From contig CBFFRQ010000032.1 in NCBI GenBank assembly GCA_965644315.1, positions 310,001 to 374,000 on the forward strand: DNA of 64,000 bases, given 5' to 3'. Under the pieces are notes generated by a model that did not search any database, was not told the DNA's origin, and was given only the letters and a program-made list of their open reading frames with translations. This document shows, piece by piece, positions 24,376 through 36,400 of the stretch. How positions within the stretch are numbered: position 1 is the stretch's first letter; every line of letters starts with the position of its first letter. This DNA comes from Caecitellus pseudoparvulus (lineage: Eukaryota > Protista > Bigyra: Bicosoecida). The position numbers were made by a program, and so were the translations under genes.

Positions 24376-25915
24376 TCAGTCAGAGTGGTACGCCGCCACC
24401 CATGCTTTGGCAAAGGCGAGCAACTGCGCAGACTCATCTTCATCCGCAGCCTCTCCGACGGCAGCCGCCGCAGCATCCTGCCCGGCGTCACCAACCGCGG
24501 ACTCTGGCGCCACGCTCTGCCCATGTGACTTGCGAGCAAAGAACACTGCCACGGCTTCCTTCACGCCTGCCTTGGGAAGCCCAGCGCCTTCAAGGGTCTG
24601 CACAGCATCCAGCACTCGCCGCGTGGCCGCTTCATCCGTCGTCAGGACATCCAGCACAAACCGCACCGTCCCGCGGTCATGGCCGTCCTTTACCAGTGCT
24701 GCCTCCAGCTCGGGCGCGGGGCCTGGCTTCTGCAGGGCCTCCAGCTGCATGGTCAGCATGTGCTTGTGCGCCGCAAACCCTTCCAGTGCCCGCCTGCCCT
24801 CCACTGCCGCGCCAGAGGAGGCCTGCAGGTCCTCAGACATGCTTTGAATCTTGTCTTGCGCAGCCTGTAACTCTTCTTTGAGCTGCTGGACAACAGCCTT
24901 AAAGGCTTCCGCGTCGCCGGCGTGGTCGGCCTCAGGCGCCTGTGCGGCTTGCGCCTCTCGCGCGACACGCCCGCCACCAAACTTGTTGATGATGTCAGAC
25001 ACACGCCCCGGCTCCAAGCTCGCGACCTCCTCCCGGGGAGCAGTGCCTTCCCCGGCTGCTGCGTGGGGCTTTGAGGACGGCGCACGCTGAGCCACTTGGC
25101 GGTCGGCTTCAGCCCGCGCCTTCAGGGCGGCGCTCTTCCTGCGCGCAGCCTGCTGGGACTCCTGTAACTTGGCGCTGCGGGACTCCTCCCGAGCCTTGAG
25201 GGCTGCCTCTGTCAGCGTCGTGAAGGTGGCCACTTCAGAGGCCGGGCCCCACGTCACCTCACCAGTGTCAGGGACCTTGGTGCCGGCAAACACTCGCACT
25301 TGGACTTCGTACCCGCTGTCCAGGCCAGTGACTGTGAAAGTCTTGGGCAGGTCCCCGCCACTGAGGCAATCCGTTGCCACTGTCCAGCTAGTGCCAACTA
25401 GGGACCATAGCGTCGCTGCAGTCGTGTTGTACGCGTGCTCGACCTTGATTACATCAGGCGCAGCCCGGCCCTTCAGCAGGCTCAGCCGCACGGTTGCCGT
25501 GCTGACGCCAACGTCAGTGTCGCGGACCCTCACTCGAAGTTTCGACGGCTGAGCTTCCTCTGCTTTCCCTTGTGCCGAGGGTTTTGGAGGAGCTGCACTC
25601 GGCTGCTGAGGTGAATCCACCTGTGCATGCGGAAATTGGCGTTGGTGCACAAAGTGTCGCTCGCCTGACAGCAATGGTCGAGCACACGGCACTGAAATGG
25701 AGCAAAGCGTGGAACAATATCATGTACAACAGGCCTCAACTCCCTGGAGCTGGCGGGCTGAAAGCTGGCGTCGCAGTCAGGCTGGGCAGAAGCAAGCGAA
25801 ATGCAGAGAAACGGGCTGAAGCCAGGGAACGCACGGGCAGCGCTCCACCAGGCAGGGAAGATCGGCGCTTGGCCCGGTCAAGGTGCCCTTGAAGTTCTTT
25901 GTTCGGGGTTGCCAT
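24376..25915 (-). CDS. Fibronectin type III domain + coiled-coil protein
   Basis: FN3 motif TFTVTGLDSGYEVQVRVFA...WGPASEVATFTTL, followed by E/A/K/Q-rich heptad segments. Proposed ATG 25915 (MATPNKELQGHL) spliced through GTGCGT...GCACAG (25621-25834). The 5' structure is uncertain. Confidence 0.65.
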
Positions 25916-26432
25916 GGCGGGTGCGTTTGAGTAGTTGCAAGGCCAGCTGCTCTTCAGAGAGAGGCTCGCCCAACACGCCAAGTGAAAGTACTTGCGCTGC
26001 AGGGAGAGGCGAAATGCCGGCTCTGAGGCACAAGATACCGCTAGGCAATTGATGGGCTGGAAAGACTGACACTGCTCGTTCGTGCTTCGATGAAAAGTGT
26101 GTGGTGCTGGCTGGCGAATTTTGAGCTGAAACCGACACTGGACTGGCTTCGGAGACCAGCGTGCGCTCCCGCTGGTCCTTGGGGTTGGGAGTGGCGCCGC
26201 CTCGCTGCATTGGTCTGTAGGTACAAGCCTGTATCCCACATCAGCTCTCCACTCTCCTTCACTGGTCAGTGAAGTTGATCTGCTGCAAATGCTGGACTCG
26301 TTTGAGGTAGCCTAACACAGCAATACACATCGCGCAGCACATTCAGAAGCGAGAACGAAGCACACACCATGGAATGGGAATTTTCCTTCGCCTGCATGCT
26401 GATGAGCTTACTCTGTGGCCCTGGGGTCACTC

Positions 26433-29400
26433 ATGGAAAGCAAGGTGGCAGACGATGCGGGCAGTGAGGAGACTCCAAGTGCAGTGCACCTGGACCACCA
26501 CGACGTGGACAAGCAGCGGCTGAGTGGCGCCGACTTGGGACTCATCTGGTGCAACCTCTCTGATTTAGACATAGGGCAGCTGTTTGGCACAGGGGTGGGG
26601 CTGTACTTCTGTGCGTCGCTTGCCTGGGTGCAAGGAGCCTTCTCTTGGTACCGGTGCCTGGCTTTCACCCCTTCCCTTTCCCAAAGCTCACACAACGGCT
26701 GTGCACGCCAAAGCTCGCAGACTTCGTCAAGCTTGCTGCCTATGGCCTTTTCTGCATTGGGGCATTTGGGGTGGGGGCTGCAGTCGTGCTGTTCCGCACA
26801 GATTGCGGTGTGCATGACTCACTCACGCGCTTGACAGCCGCATCTGCACCATGTGCAAGCTCTTTGCCCGCGTTGCTGGACTTCCTAGCCGTGTTACTGG
26901 CCAGCTATGGCCTGTTCTTTGTGTTGCCCTCCCTGCACGAGACGTATGACACACGGGTTGGCCTGACAGAGGTCCTGGTGGAAGACTACACAGTGTGCGT
27001 TTGAGGCTGCCTCAACGCCCCCGTGGCCTGCCACACCAAGCGCGCAACCTTCACTTGCACAGGTACGTGAGGAACGTCCCGCCAGGCGCCACTGCCGCTG
27101 AGCTGGGGGAGTGGTTTGACAGGTGGTATGGCGAAGTGCTGTTCGTGGAGCTGCCGCGGGAGTTGGGAGCTGCTCTGCATGCGGCGCGCGAGCAAGAAGT
27201 AGCCATGGGCCACATGGGCCTGCACCGCACCATGTGGAGGAAACCAGCCGGATCAGCTGCAGCTGTGGCTGCTGGCTTCGCTGCGGACTCTGGGTCCCTG
27301 CAAGCCAGGCTGCTGCCACAAGGAGGTTCGGAGAACGTGGCAGATGGTGGAGCGTTGAGCGATGTGCCGGGACTGGCACACGTGGGCCGCTTTGCGGTAG
27401 CACCAGAAGTGCAAGGACAGACCCGACTATGTCACCGATCTCCAGAAAAGTGGATGCCAAAGGCGGAGGGAGCAAGGCATGCACTCTTGGGGCCGCCCAA
27501 GGGTGACTCGGGTGGCAATGGTCGAGTTGCATTTGTCACATTCAGGTACCAGTTTGCAGCTGATGCTGCTGAACTGGACTTTGGAGTTGGGACTGTCTGG
27601 GGGCAGCTGTTTGGCCGGCGAACTTGTATGAGCCAGCTTGCGCGAGACAGCCTGCCGCTGTTCCGAGAGGCGGAGGCACCATTTGTCATTTCCAGGGCGC
27701 CGGACCCGACAAACGTCACTTGGGAAAACCTCCAAATCCGGGCATCCACCCGGGCGTGGAGGGAGCTCGGCAGCATGCTGCTTGTGACATGCCTGGTGTT
27801 TGCCTCTGCCCTGCTTTCTGCCGCGCTGCATTCCCCTTCTTCAGTGCTGAAGCCGGCAACGGATGCACCAGGCAACTTCGTGCAGTTCCTGGCGCGACAC
27901 GGCCTGCACGTACCAGCGTCCATTGCTCAATGGCCAGTCGCATTTGTTGTTGTGCTGGTGAACTACTGCATTGCGATGGCATTCCAGCTGCTCTCTACGC
28001 TTGAGGGACACCACCACATCACTGGCAGGTGCGAGTGGCTGTACTTCAAGACAGCCCTCGCCGACATTGCGAACGTGCTGGTGGTGAACTGGTACATCTA
28101 CGGCCTGCCATCCCCTGGAGATACTATGTGGTTCCAGAACGTAGGCAGCATCCTGAAGACTCTGCTTGTCATGTACATCGTTCGAGGCGTTGTTCGGCCA
28201 GCGTTGACCATGGGCTGTGCCGCCGCGTTCAAGCGAATCGCGCGCAAGGACCCTGCATCTACAGACTCAGCAGCAGACGCCGAGGACAGGGCAGCCCATG
28301 CAGCAGAGGATGATGAGACGCATACAGCCCACGCCGTTGTCGCATTCGGACTGTCGCAGAAGTACGCGGATATCACGACGGTGCTCTTTGTGGCGGTGGG
28401 CTTTGCAGCAGTGGAGCCCCTCCTCCTCATCCTGGCTGCAGTTTACGCTGCTGGGAAGTACACTGTGGACAAGGCACACCTCACCTCGCTGACAACACCG
28501 CCGCCGATGTTTGACGAACGCATGACAAAGTTCCTGGAACGCCTGGCGCCATGTGCTTTGCTGCTGCATGGCTGTGTGGCGTTCCTTGCATGGCCTGGGC
28601 ACTGGCACGGCTTCGCAGTCGCGGAAGTAGCTATAGTTGTCTTCCTCTTGTTCTTTTTTGAAGTGTGGGAGTCTTGCGCCGAGGAGGAGGTGCCGGAAGA
28701 CATCAACATGGGGCTGCCCTTCGAGACGTTCTGGACACAGCCCCCCTTCGTGCACCCCTTGACACACCGGTATGGCATGGAGAGCGCTTCAGACAGGTGG
28801 GTGTCCAGTGTCATGGCAGACATGCTGGGACAAGGGCACGTGCATGGGCATCACCTTGACTTGCAGTCGCTCATGGCAGACATGCACCTGACCCACGCCG
28901 CTGAGGAAGCCCTGGACAGCGAAGCAGCGTGGGAAGAAAACCAGGGCACGGGACGATACGACCGGCGCCAAGAGGTGGGAGACGGCGAGAGTGGCGTGGC
29001 CGTGCACGGCGCAACGGCGACTCCCTCCGCAGAAGGCGTCCCGCACACGGCATTTGGGCGTGTCCCGGGCGCCACTCTGGCCTCCCGCATGCACAGCTGG
29101 CACGCCATGCACCACGTGGTGACTCACTCCCCGCGCTTGTTGGGCCGCCGCATGTTCATCATCAAGCTGTACCAAAAGCCGGCCCCTGTCGGTGTGGTGT
29201 CCTTGGACTTCGGCAACACCTACCAGGCGCTGTATCTGCCGTGCCGAGCCTGCATGGTGAGCACAAACACAGTGCTGCTTCGAGATGTACGGGAGGCCAT
29301 CATTGCCTCTGGTGTCCTGGACTGTGAGCGTGTGCGCAAGTACTGGAACTTTTTCGGAGGCAGCGCTTCCAGCTTCTACCTTCGCTCATCCGGTGGTCGG

Positions 29401-30126
29401 CCCACGCCAGAAAATTTCAACTTCGTCGTGGACCGCGAAGGCAAAAACATGGAGGCTACGGACATCACGGCCTTCTTGCTGTGTCAGCGAGAAGAGAGCA
29501 TGCGCGCCATATCCTTCCTTCCTGAGGTGCAAGTGGCGTGGGCAGGCCTCAAGTACAACAACGGCACCAGCGAAGCACCTCTCATGTTCGTAACACAGGG
29601 AGCTGAAGAACTCACCATGACTGGGTCAGATCGTGCTTGGGTGGAGTGCAGGGATGTCATGCGTCGGCGACGGCGCCCTGGAGCTTGGCAAGCAGGCAGT
29701 ATTCCACGGCGACCAGGGCGCCGTACCGGCGGGGCAATGCTTCGCCGCCCAGCGTTCGGCTCAGTGTCCACTGGGCACGCATGGGTGCCCACGCAGGCGT
29801 GGCGCTTGCTCAGAGTTGAGCAGGAGCTGCCCATGTTGGGCCGCCGCAAGGCCATGCGTATCCCTCGGCAGCCTGAAGATGTCACGTTTCAGGATGACCC
29901 CTACGACCGAAGACGAGTGCGGGAACGACCCCCGCCTCTGCCCCGCCAGCCCCGCCCGTCGCCTTCACCTGCACCTGTACCACGCCCAGACCTCCCTCCT
30001 TCTACGCGACGTCGTGTCCGCGAGCGGCCGCGGCCACCGCCAACACCCACTCCCGCTCCAGCTCCCGCTCCAGCTCCACGACGTGTGCGACCCGCGCGAG
30101 CACCTGTGCGGCTTATGGCGGAGTGA
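26433..30126 (+). CDS. OSCA/TMEM63 (CSC1)-like mechanosensitive channel family protein with long C-terminal tail
   Basis: Spliced model: 26433-26610, 26721-26994, 27063-30126. Motifs GTGVGLYF, EDYTVYVRNVP, GRVAFVTF, RAPDPTNVTWENL, KYTVDK and PPPMFDE, plus several hydrophobic segments. Confidence 0.8.
26611..26720 (+). other. Intron (110 nt, GTGCGT...CTCGCAG), OSCA-like gene
   Basis: Removal joins LYF to YFVKLAAY in frame. Confidence 0.8.
26995..27062 (+). other. Intron (68 nt, GTGCGT...TGCACAG), OSCA-like gene
   Basis: Removal restores the conserved DYTVYVRNVP and bypasses the stop at 27002-27004. Confidence 0.85.
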
Positions 30127-30210
30127 GGCATCAGGATGGGTGGGCCCGGGAACAGTCGAGAATACATGCATTCTTTCGCTTGGTCCGGCTACACCCCCTG
30201 GGCACACACC

Positions 30211-31384
30211 TCAGCTGGCTAGGTTGGGCACGTCAGCGTTGCCTCCACACAGTACAACAGCAACACTGTCAATGCCCTGCAGCGCGCGAAACTCCTCTGA
30301 CAGCAAGGCGGCCACACCAACTCCTGCGCTGGGTTCGATGGCAATCTTGCACCGACTCCAGACGAGCTGCGTCGCGTCCGCTATGGCTTCCTCAGAAACA
30401 ACGATGACAGCCTCAACAAAGTCGCGCACAATTGGCCAAGTATTGGAGCCGAGGGTGGTGCGCAAGCCATCTGCAATGGTCTTGGGTGGCGTTTCATGCC
30501 CCAGCAACTCCCCTGCGGCAACACTGGCTGCAGCATCCGCAGCTCCTGCCGGCTCAGCGGCAAATATGCGAATGCGGGGGTCAAGGCTGGCCAGCGCAAC
30601 TGCAACCCCAGACAGCATGCCTCCTCCGCCGACGGGGACGATGACAGCGTCCACAATAGGATCACCAGCACCCCGGGGTGGAATAGTGCCCTTGGCGGGC
30701 GCGCCTAGTGCTTCAAGGGTGGCCGCCAATGTGGCTGCCTGGCTGGCGAGGCGACAGCGCTCGGAGGGGATCTGCTGGAGCAGCTCCAGCGCCATGGTGC
30801 CTTGGCCAGCCATGACGCGGGGATCGTTCGAGGGGTGGATGAACGTCGCGCCCGTGGCGGCTTGGACTTCCTTGGCTGCAGCTTCGCGGGCCTCCCCCGT
30901 CGACTCGCACTGCGTCACGGTGGCACCGTACCCGAGAACCGCTTGCTTTTTCACGCTTGGAGCGTCGGAAGGCATGACGATGTGAGCAGGCACGCCCCGA
31001 AGCTGAGCAGCCACTGCAACAGCCTGTGCGTGGTTCCCACTTGAGTGGGTGACCACGCCTGCCTTGGCTTCGTCCGCGCCCAGGGAAAACACTGCGTTGC
31101 AAGCTCCTCGTGCCTGCGGAAATCGAACCAAGAAGTGCGAAGGCCAGCTGCCCGGGATGCCGCCGCCTTCATACCTTGAAGCTGCCACTTTTCTGGAGCG
31201 CTTCCACCTTGAAGAAGACCTCAGCTTTTCCCGCCATCTCCGTGATGGAGCTGCAAGTCAGCACAGGTGTGACATGCACAGCGCCAGCAATGCGGCTTGC
31301 AGCATCTTCAATGGCTCGCAAGTTGATGGCGTACAGGGGAGAGTCCGGCGCCAAGGCCATGGGCTTTGCTGATGCGACTGCCAT
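30211..31384 (-). CDS. SRR: Serine racemase (fold-type II PLP enzyme)
   Basis: Exons 31384-31175 and 31113-30211 give QKSGSFK|ARGA (PLP lysine), THSSGNHAQA, PVGGGGMLSG, TIADGL, IEPSAG and LCGGN. Confidence 0.85.
31114..31174 (-). other. Intron (61 nt, GTATGA...CCGCAG), serine racemase
   Basis: Splits the conserved SFK/ARGA motif exactly. Confidence 0.9.
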
Positions 31385-31493
31385 AGTACGAAGTCATTTC
31401 ATCGCACCCGTTGACCTTGGCTCCGTCCCAGCACTCACCTGCAGAGGGTGGGTGTATTTTGTGTCTACCTGCACGACCTGGCTCGCCGGCCTG

Positions 31494-32948
31494 TCACTTG
31501 AGCCACTGTGAAAAGAAAGCCGCACCCAGGACGCGGGAGCGGAAGAGGGCATCCGAATCTGTGCCCTTGGGGGCTCTCAAGTCATCACAGTGGCCGCATC
31601 CCGCACACTCTGCGACAAACGCTGGCAGCGTGGGTCCATCACTCTCGGACAAACACACCTGCTGCCAGGGATCATCGGAGAAACCCGAATACCACACGTT
31701 GGAGGTGCCCTTCGAGGCTGGGTTCATGCCACCGTACGCTGTGTTGACGGCATCTGTTGTGGGGGGTGATAAGTTGGCATCGCTGAAGATGTACTTGCAC
31801 TGCTGCAGGTGATAGTCCAAGTCCACCATGGAGGACCGCAAGCTGCCTGTGGCTGGGGCAGTCTGAAACCAAGCCAGCTGCGTGCACTTCTGTGTGCGCC
31901 AGGCTCGGGCAGTGGGCTGCCACCTGCTCGCCTGCGCTGTGGAGTTCAGGCAGGCGGTGTCGTAGAAGCAGTCATGCGGAAAGTCCTTGCCCCAGTAGTC
32001 CAGCGTGAAGTTCGCAAACAACTGGCGGATAGCAGGGGGCTGCAAGTCGGGCACGGGGGCCAAGGCATCACACAGCCACTCCTTGTGGCTGTACTGCACA
32101 GCCATCGCCGCCGAGTCAATGAGCATGTAGAAGAAGTCGGGGTTCCACAAGCTACTGAGGCCATCTCCCAGCAGCTCCATGGCTTCTGTTCGCTGCGTGC
32201 CTCCCGCCAGGACGGCAGTCTCAAAGGCGGCAGTCACAGCCCGCACATTATCGGCGCAAGCGGGGCCGATGGCCGCTGCCACGGCCGAGTCAAATTGCGG
32301 GAACTCCAGTCGAGCATCCACGACGCCACTGCTGGCCCAAGCCGCCGAGACCAGGTTCGGATACTTTGTCTTGAAGAAGCTAGCAAGCCCGCCTGCGTAT
32401 GAGCCGCCCACCACAAGCCACTTGCCAGTGGAGCCGGAGTCAGCACGGTACCAGTTGATGAAGGCGGCGGTGTCAGCCATGGCCGCCTCCACACTCAGGT
32501 GGGCTAGGATGTTGGCGTCGTTCAAGTTTCCACCGGGGATGGACTCGCCATAGAACCGGTGCTCCAGGGACATGCACGTGGCCTGCAGCACCTCACACAT
32601 GCGCAGGATGTAGCCGCCAGGGGAGTGCAGGCACGGCCCCTCACCACAGAGGTTCAGGACCACGGGCGCATCTGAACCCGCTGAAAACTGAGTGTCCACG
32701 TAATACCGCTGGCGAAAGGTTCCCCCATTTGGCTGCGAGTGGTCCACTAGCTGAGTGTAGTTCAGGGGGCTCGTGGAGTATCCGTGAGGCAGGGAGTTCA
32801 CTGGGGCAGGGGCTGCGCCTTCAATGGCGAGCAGCCGGTGCGCCAAGCCTCCCCGAGCACGGTGGGGTAGCTGTTTGAGGCCGTTTTGCCATGCGAAAGC
32901 GGCGCTCACTGCAGCTGCAGCCACCACCAGCGCCAGGTGCCGAGCCAT
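31494..32948 (-). CDS. Secreted/lysosomal serine peptidase family S28 (PRSS16/PRCP-like), 484 aa, intronless
   Basis: Signal peptide, then QLVDH...TFRQRYY, CGEG, LEHRFYGES, nucleophile GGSYAG, SDDPW (Asp) and CGHCDDL (His). Confidence 0.92.
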   Translation of the reverse strand: MARHLALVVAAAAVSAAFAWQNGLKQLPHRARGGLAHRLLAIEGAAPAPVNSLPHGYSTSPLNYTQLVDHSQPNGGTFRQRYYVDTQFSAGSDAPVVLNLCGEGPCLHSPGGYILRMCEVLQATCMSLEHRFYGESIPGGNLNDANILAHLSVEAAMADTAAFINWYRADSGSTGKWLVVGGSYAGGLASFFKTKYPNLVSAAWASSGVVDARLEFPQFDSAVAAAIGPACADNVRAVTAAFETAVLAGGTQRTEAMELLGDGLSSLWNPDFFYMLIDSAAMAVQYSHKEWLCDALAPVPDLQPPAIRQLFANFTLDYWGKDFPHDCFYDTACLNSTAQASRWQPTARAWRTQKCTQLAWFQTAPATGSLRSSMVDLDYHLQQCKYIFSDANLSPPTTDAVNTAYGGMNPASKGTSNVWYSGFSDDPWQQVCLSESDGPTLPAFVAECAGCGHCDDLRAPKGTDSDALFRSRVLGAAFFSQWLK

Positions 32949-33426
32949 GGCAACTGCACTGCACCAGGGCGTCCAAGGCGGCCCTGTAGAGAGTTCGCAG
33001 CAGGGCAGGCAAGAGGCTGCGAAGGTGGTCTGACTAGGTGTTTACACGGGATGGGGAGCGTGAGAAGTGTGGAGAGCTTTAGTCTGCTCCGCAAGGTCAA
33101 ATGACAAGGCTTTGCTTGGACGTCGTTTGTCACACAGGTGTGCTTGGTGGATGGGGGGGTGGCCTTGCAGGGGAGAGCGCGTTGACAGTGCTCCAGCATC
33201 GCTTGCCTCAAAATTATCGCGTGCATTCATCCAAGCGCGCCCCATGTGTGTGCACCACCCCCGTCTGCGCAGCGCTCCCCTGCCCGAGCGTCCGAGCCGG
33301 AGCCAACAGGGCCTCCTCTGGCTTGATTGATGCTTGTGCGACACAGAAGACCCACGCAAGCTTTGCACCCCCTGTATCTGCATAGGCAACTGTCCGCCTG
33401 TCTGATCCTCCCTAGGCACCCCGCCC

Positions 33427-36400
33427 ATGGACACCGCCACGCTCATTTTCGAGGGCGAAGTGTGAGTGCAGGCGTGCGTTTCGTGGAGTTTCACTCTGGC
33501 GACGCTCCACCACGCCAACGCGCGTCGGCTGCAGGCACCACGTAGATGTGGTGGAGGAGATCACAGGGGATGAAGCTTGGTATTTGTTGCAGTCCCAGGT
33601 GCTTAGTCTGACGGATGTGCCCGAACTGTACCAGCGGATAGTCGGAGTGAACGGCGCGCCTGGCGTGTGCGGTGGCCTCGGGGAAGGTGAGAGTGTCCAG
33701 GCAGGCACCACCATGTTGCTTCTGGATGCTAGGCACGCTTATGGAGCCCCATTGGAAGAATTGGTGCAGACCTCTTGCCCCCTGCCTCCAGACACGGCTG
33801 CTGCGGCACCCCCTGCCGCTTGCACGCGTCATTGGGTTGGGGACGCGCCCGCCATTCAGCCAGTGTACACGTCGCCCGGGCGCCCATCGAAGCGCTTCTG
33901 CCGCTTCTGTGCTACTCAGGGCCCTTTGTCAAAAGAGCTCTTTGCAGGGTGTACAGAAGCGGTGGCATACACGGCAGGCGCCCCAGAGGCTTGTGGCGGA
34001 TTCGTTTGCCAGGCCAGCTCAGAGACGGAATCACCTGAGGCCCAGACCCCAGGCAATGTCAAACTTGTAACTGGGGCTGCACGTGACGTCGCACTGGCAC
34101 AGCTTCAGCGAGCGTTCCACGCACAGCAGACTGCCCTTGCCAGGGCTGAAGCTCAGGCAGCCGCCTCTGCAGTGGCGGCCAGCGGTGGCACACAGGCGCT
34201 GCAGGCAATTGCTGGGCGACTGGCAGGCGCAGCCAAGCATGTGCGCAAATACGAAGCGATACCGGCACAAGAAGCAGCCCTTGCTGCGATGCCGCTCGTT
34301 CGGATGGCTGAGGAAGCCTGCGAGCGAGTGCAGGAGCTTCGAGCAACTGACATGGCCCCAGGTGAGGAAGGCAGCGCGTACCCGCTGTTGAAGGGGGACG
34401 CCGGGCAACAGGACAACGCAGCCCCGGGACATTTGCTGTGGCGTGACTGCTTGCTGAAGGCGCTGACGAGTTGGTTCAAGAATGAGTTCTTCCAGTGGGT
34501 GAATAACCCCTCGTGCGACGCTTGTGGCAGCGACGCCACGCAGGGAGTGGGGGCAGCCCAGCCGACACCAGCAGAAGCGTCTGGGGGTGCAGGGCGCGTT
34601 GAAGTGTATGCGTGTTCTGCCTGTGGTGCCCACACTCGCTTTCCAAGGTACAACGACCCTGTCAAGCTGCTGTCCTGGAGGAAGGGCCGTTGTGGCGAGT
34701 GGTCCAACGCCTTTGCGCTGCTCTGCACAGCATTAGGATTCGATACACGGCACGTGCATGATTGGACAGACCATGTGTGGGTTGAAGTGTGGTCCCCAGC
34801 CCAGGTCAAGTGGCTGCACGTGGACCCCTGTGAGAATGCGGTGGACGCCCCTCTCACCTACGAGTCTGGCTGGGGCAAGAAGTTGAACTGGATCATCGCA
34901 ATATCCCCCCGCCACATTGTGGACGTGACGTGGCGGTACACGACAGATTGGGCTGGTGTTTCCTCCCGTCGCAGAGCCGTTCCTGAGGCGTGGCTGGCGC
35001 CCTACATTGCTGCGGCGTCTCGAGCACAATGGGAAGCCGCACACCTCGCGGTCCCAAACTTTGGTAGTGATGGTAGCGCCGCAGCTCTAAGGGATGCACT
35101 CGTGTCCCCTTCATCGGCACCCCCCACCCTGCTGGCCTGGATGCAGTCGCGAGCAGCGTACGCCCACCGACAGGCACAACTAGAAGCCATGCAGCTTTGG
35201 ACGACGGTGAGTATCAAGGGGGGGCAGGCTTCGGCAGAGGAGTTGCGAGGGCGCCAGTCAGGGTCTTTGACCTGGCGCGCTGTGCGCGGCGAGCTCGGTA
35301 TCCAAGCAGCAGCCGCGGGTGCCGGGGCAGGAGGCGGGGGGGCGGTGTCCGAAGACATCGACATTGGTGTGCTGCACTGGCACACACTGCCCTTGCGCCT
35401 GTCACTGGGAAAGTCCGCTTCCGCCAGCGCTTCAACCAGCGCTTCAGGGGGCGATGAGACCCCTCTTGTAGAGTTGTCGTGCATTAGCAGCTGGGGAGCC
35501 ATCACTGCTGGACTTGCCCAGGCCAGGCCGCTGGTGTCCGGGCCTGCTTGCCCCCACCGCCAGGTGCTGGTGTGGCGACGACATGCCTCACTGCATGCAC
35601 AAGCAGCAGAAGCAGGTGATGAGGTGCCAGACACTGGGTTGCAAGCACTGGCTTCTGCTGGATGGCGGGTGCAGCACGCATGCCTCATGACCTCGACGGC
35701 TGGCACCGCGCTGCGGGGCAGTGTGGCCATGACGGCGGAGCACTTCCCCCTGCCTTCCGCCCCGCCGATTGTGTCTCTCGTGGCAATTCGGGGCACAAGC
35801 TCGCTCATCGCCGTGGGCGCTGGTGCGTCGGTGTTCCTTCTAGGGCCGCCCACTGACGCCCACAGCAGCGCCTTGCAAGGTGTGAGCATCCCCGCCTCAC
35901 CCTGGACAGGCAAACAGCCGCCTTCGTTCTTCGTCACAGCACAGCTGGGCCAGGCGCCTGTCGTGGAGGCGCGCTTCGCTGCGATAGTGGACGATGTTCT
36001 GGTTGTGGGAGGAACAGGAACAGATGGCCAGCAGGCTGTGTTCAGCATGGACCCCGCGATCCCCCAAGTGCTGGATCGAAATTGGCTGCAAGGCGCCATC
36101 ACGCCAAAATGGGCCACCTCATCCTTCCCACCACCCCCCTGTGGATTAAAGGCCATGGTTCAGGTGCCAGGGCGTGGTGGCGCCGTGTTCGGTGTGTCGC
36201 GCACAGCGGGGCTGCTTGGCTTGGCCCATGCACCCCCTCTGAAGCCCCTGGAACCCAATGCGGAAATAGCAGCTGCCCTTGGCAAGCCGATTGATAGCAT
36301 TACCAAGCCTGTGATGCTTGTTGGCGAGGGGCGAGCTGGATGCCTGCGCGTCACCGTTGGGCTGCCATGCGTGCAGGCGGCATCTCGCGGCCCCAGCCGT

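Noticed and set aside
29633-30985. 450-aa plus-strand ORF bridging the OSCA 3' end and the antisense of serine racemase
   Set aside because: It is made of an off-frame and an antisense shadow, has a non-ATG start, and shows no protein-like features.
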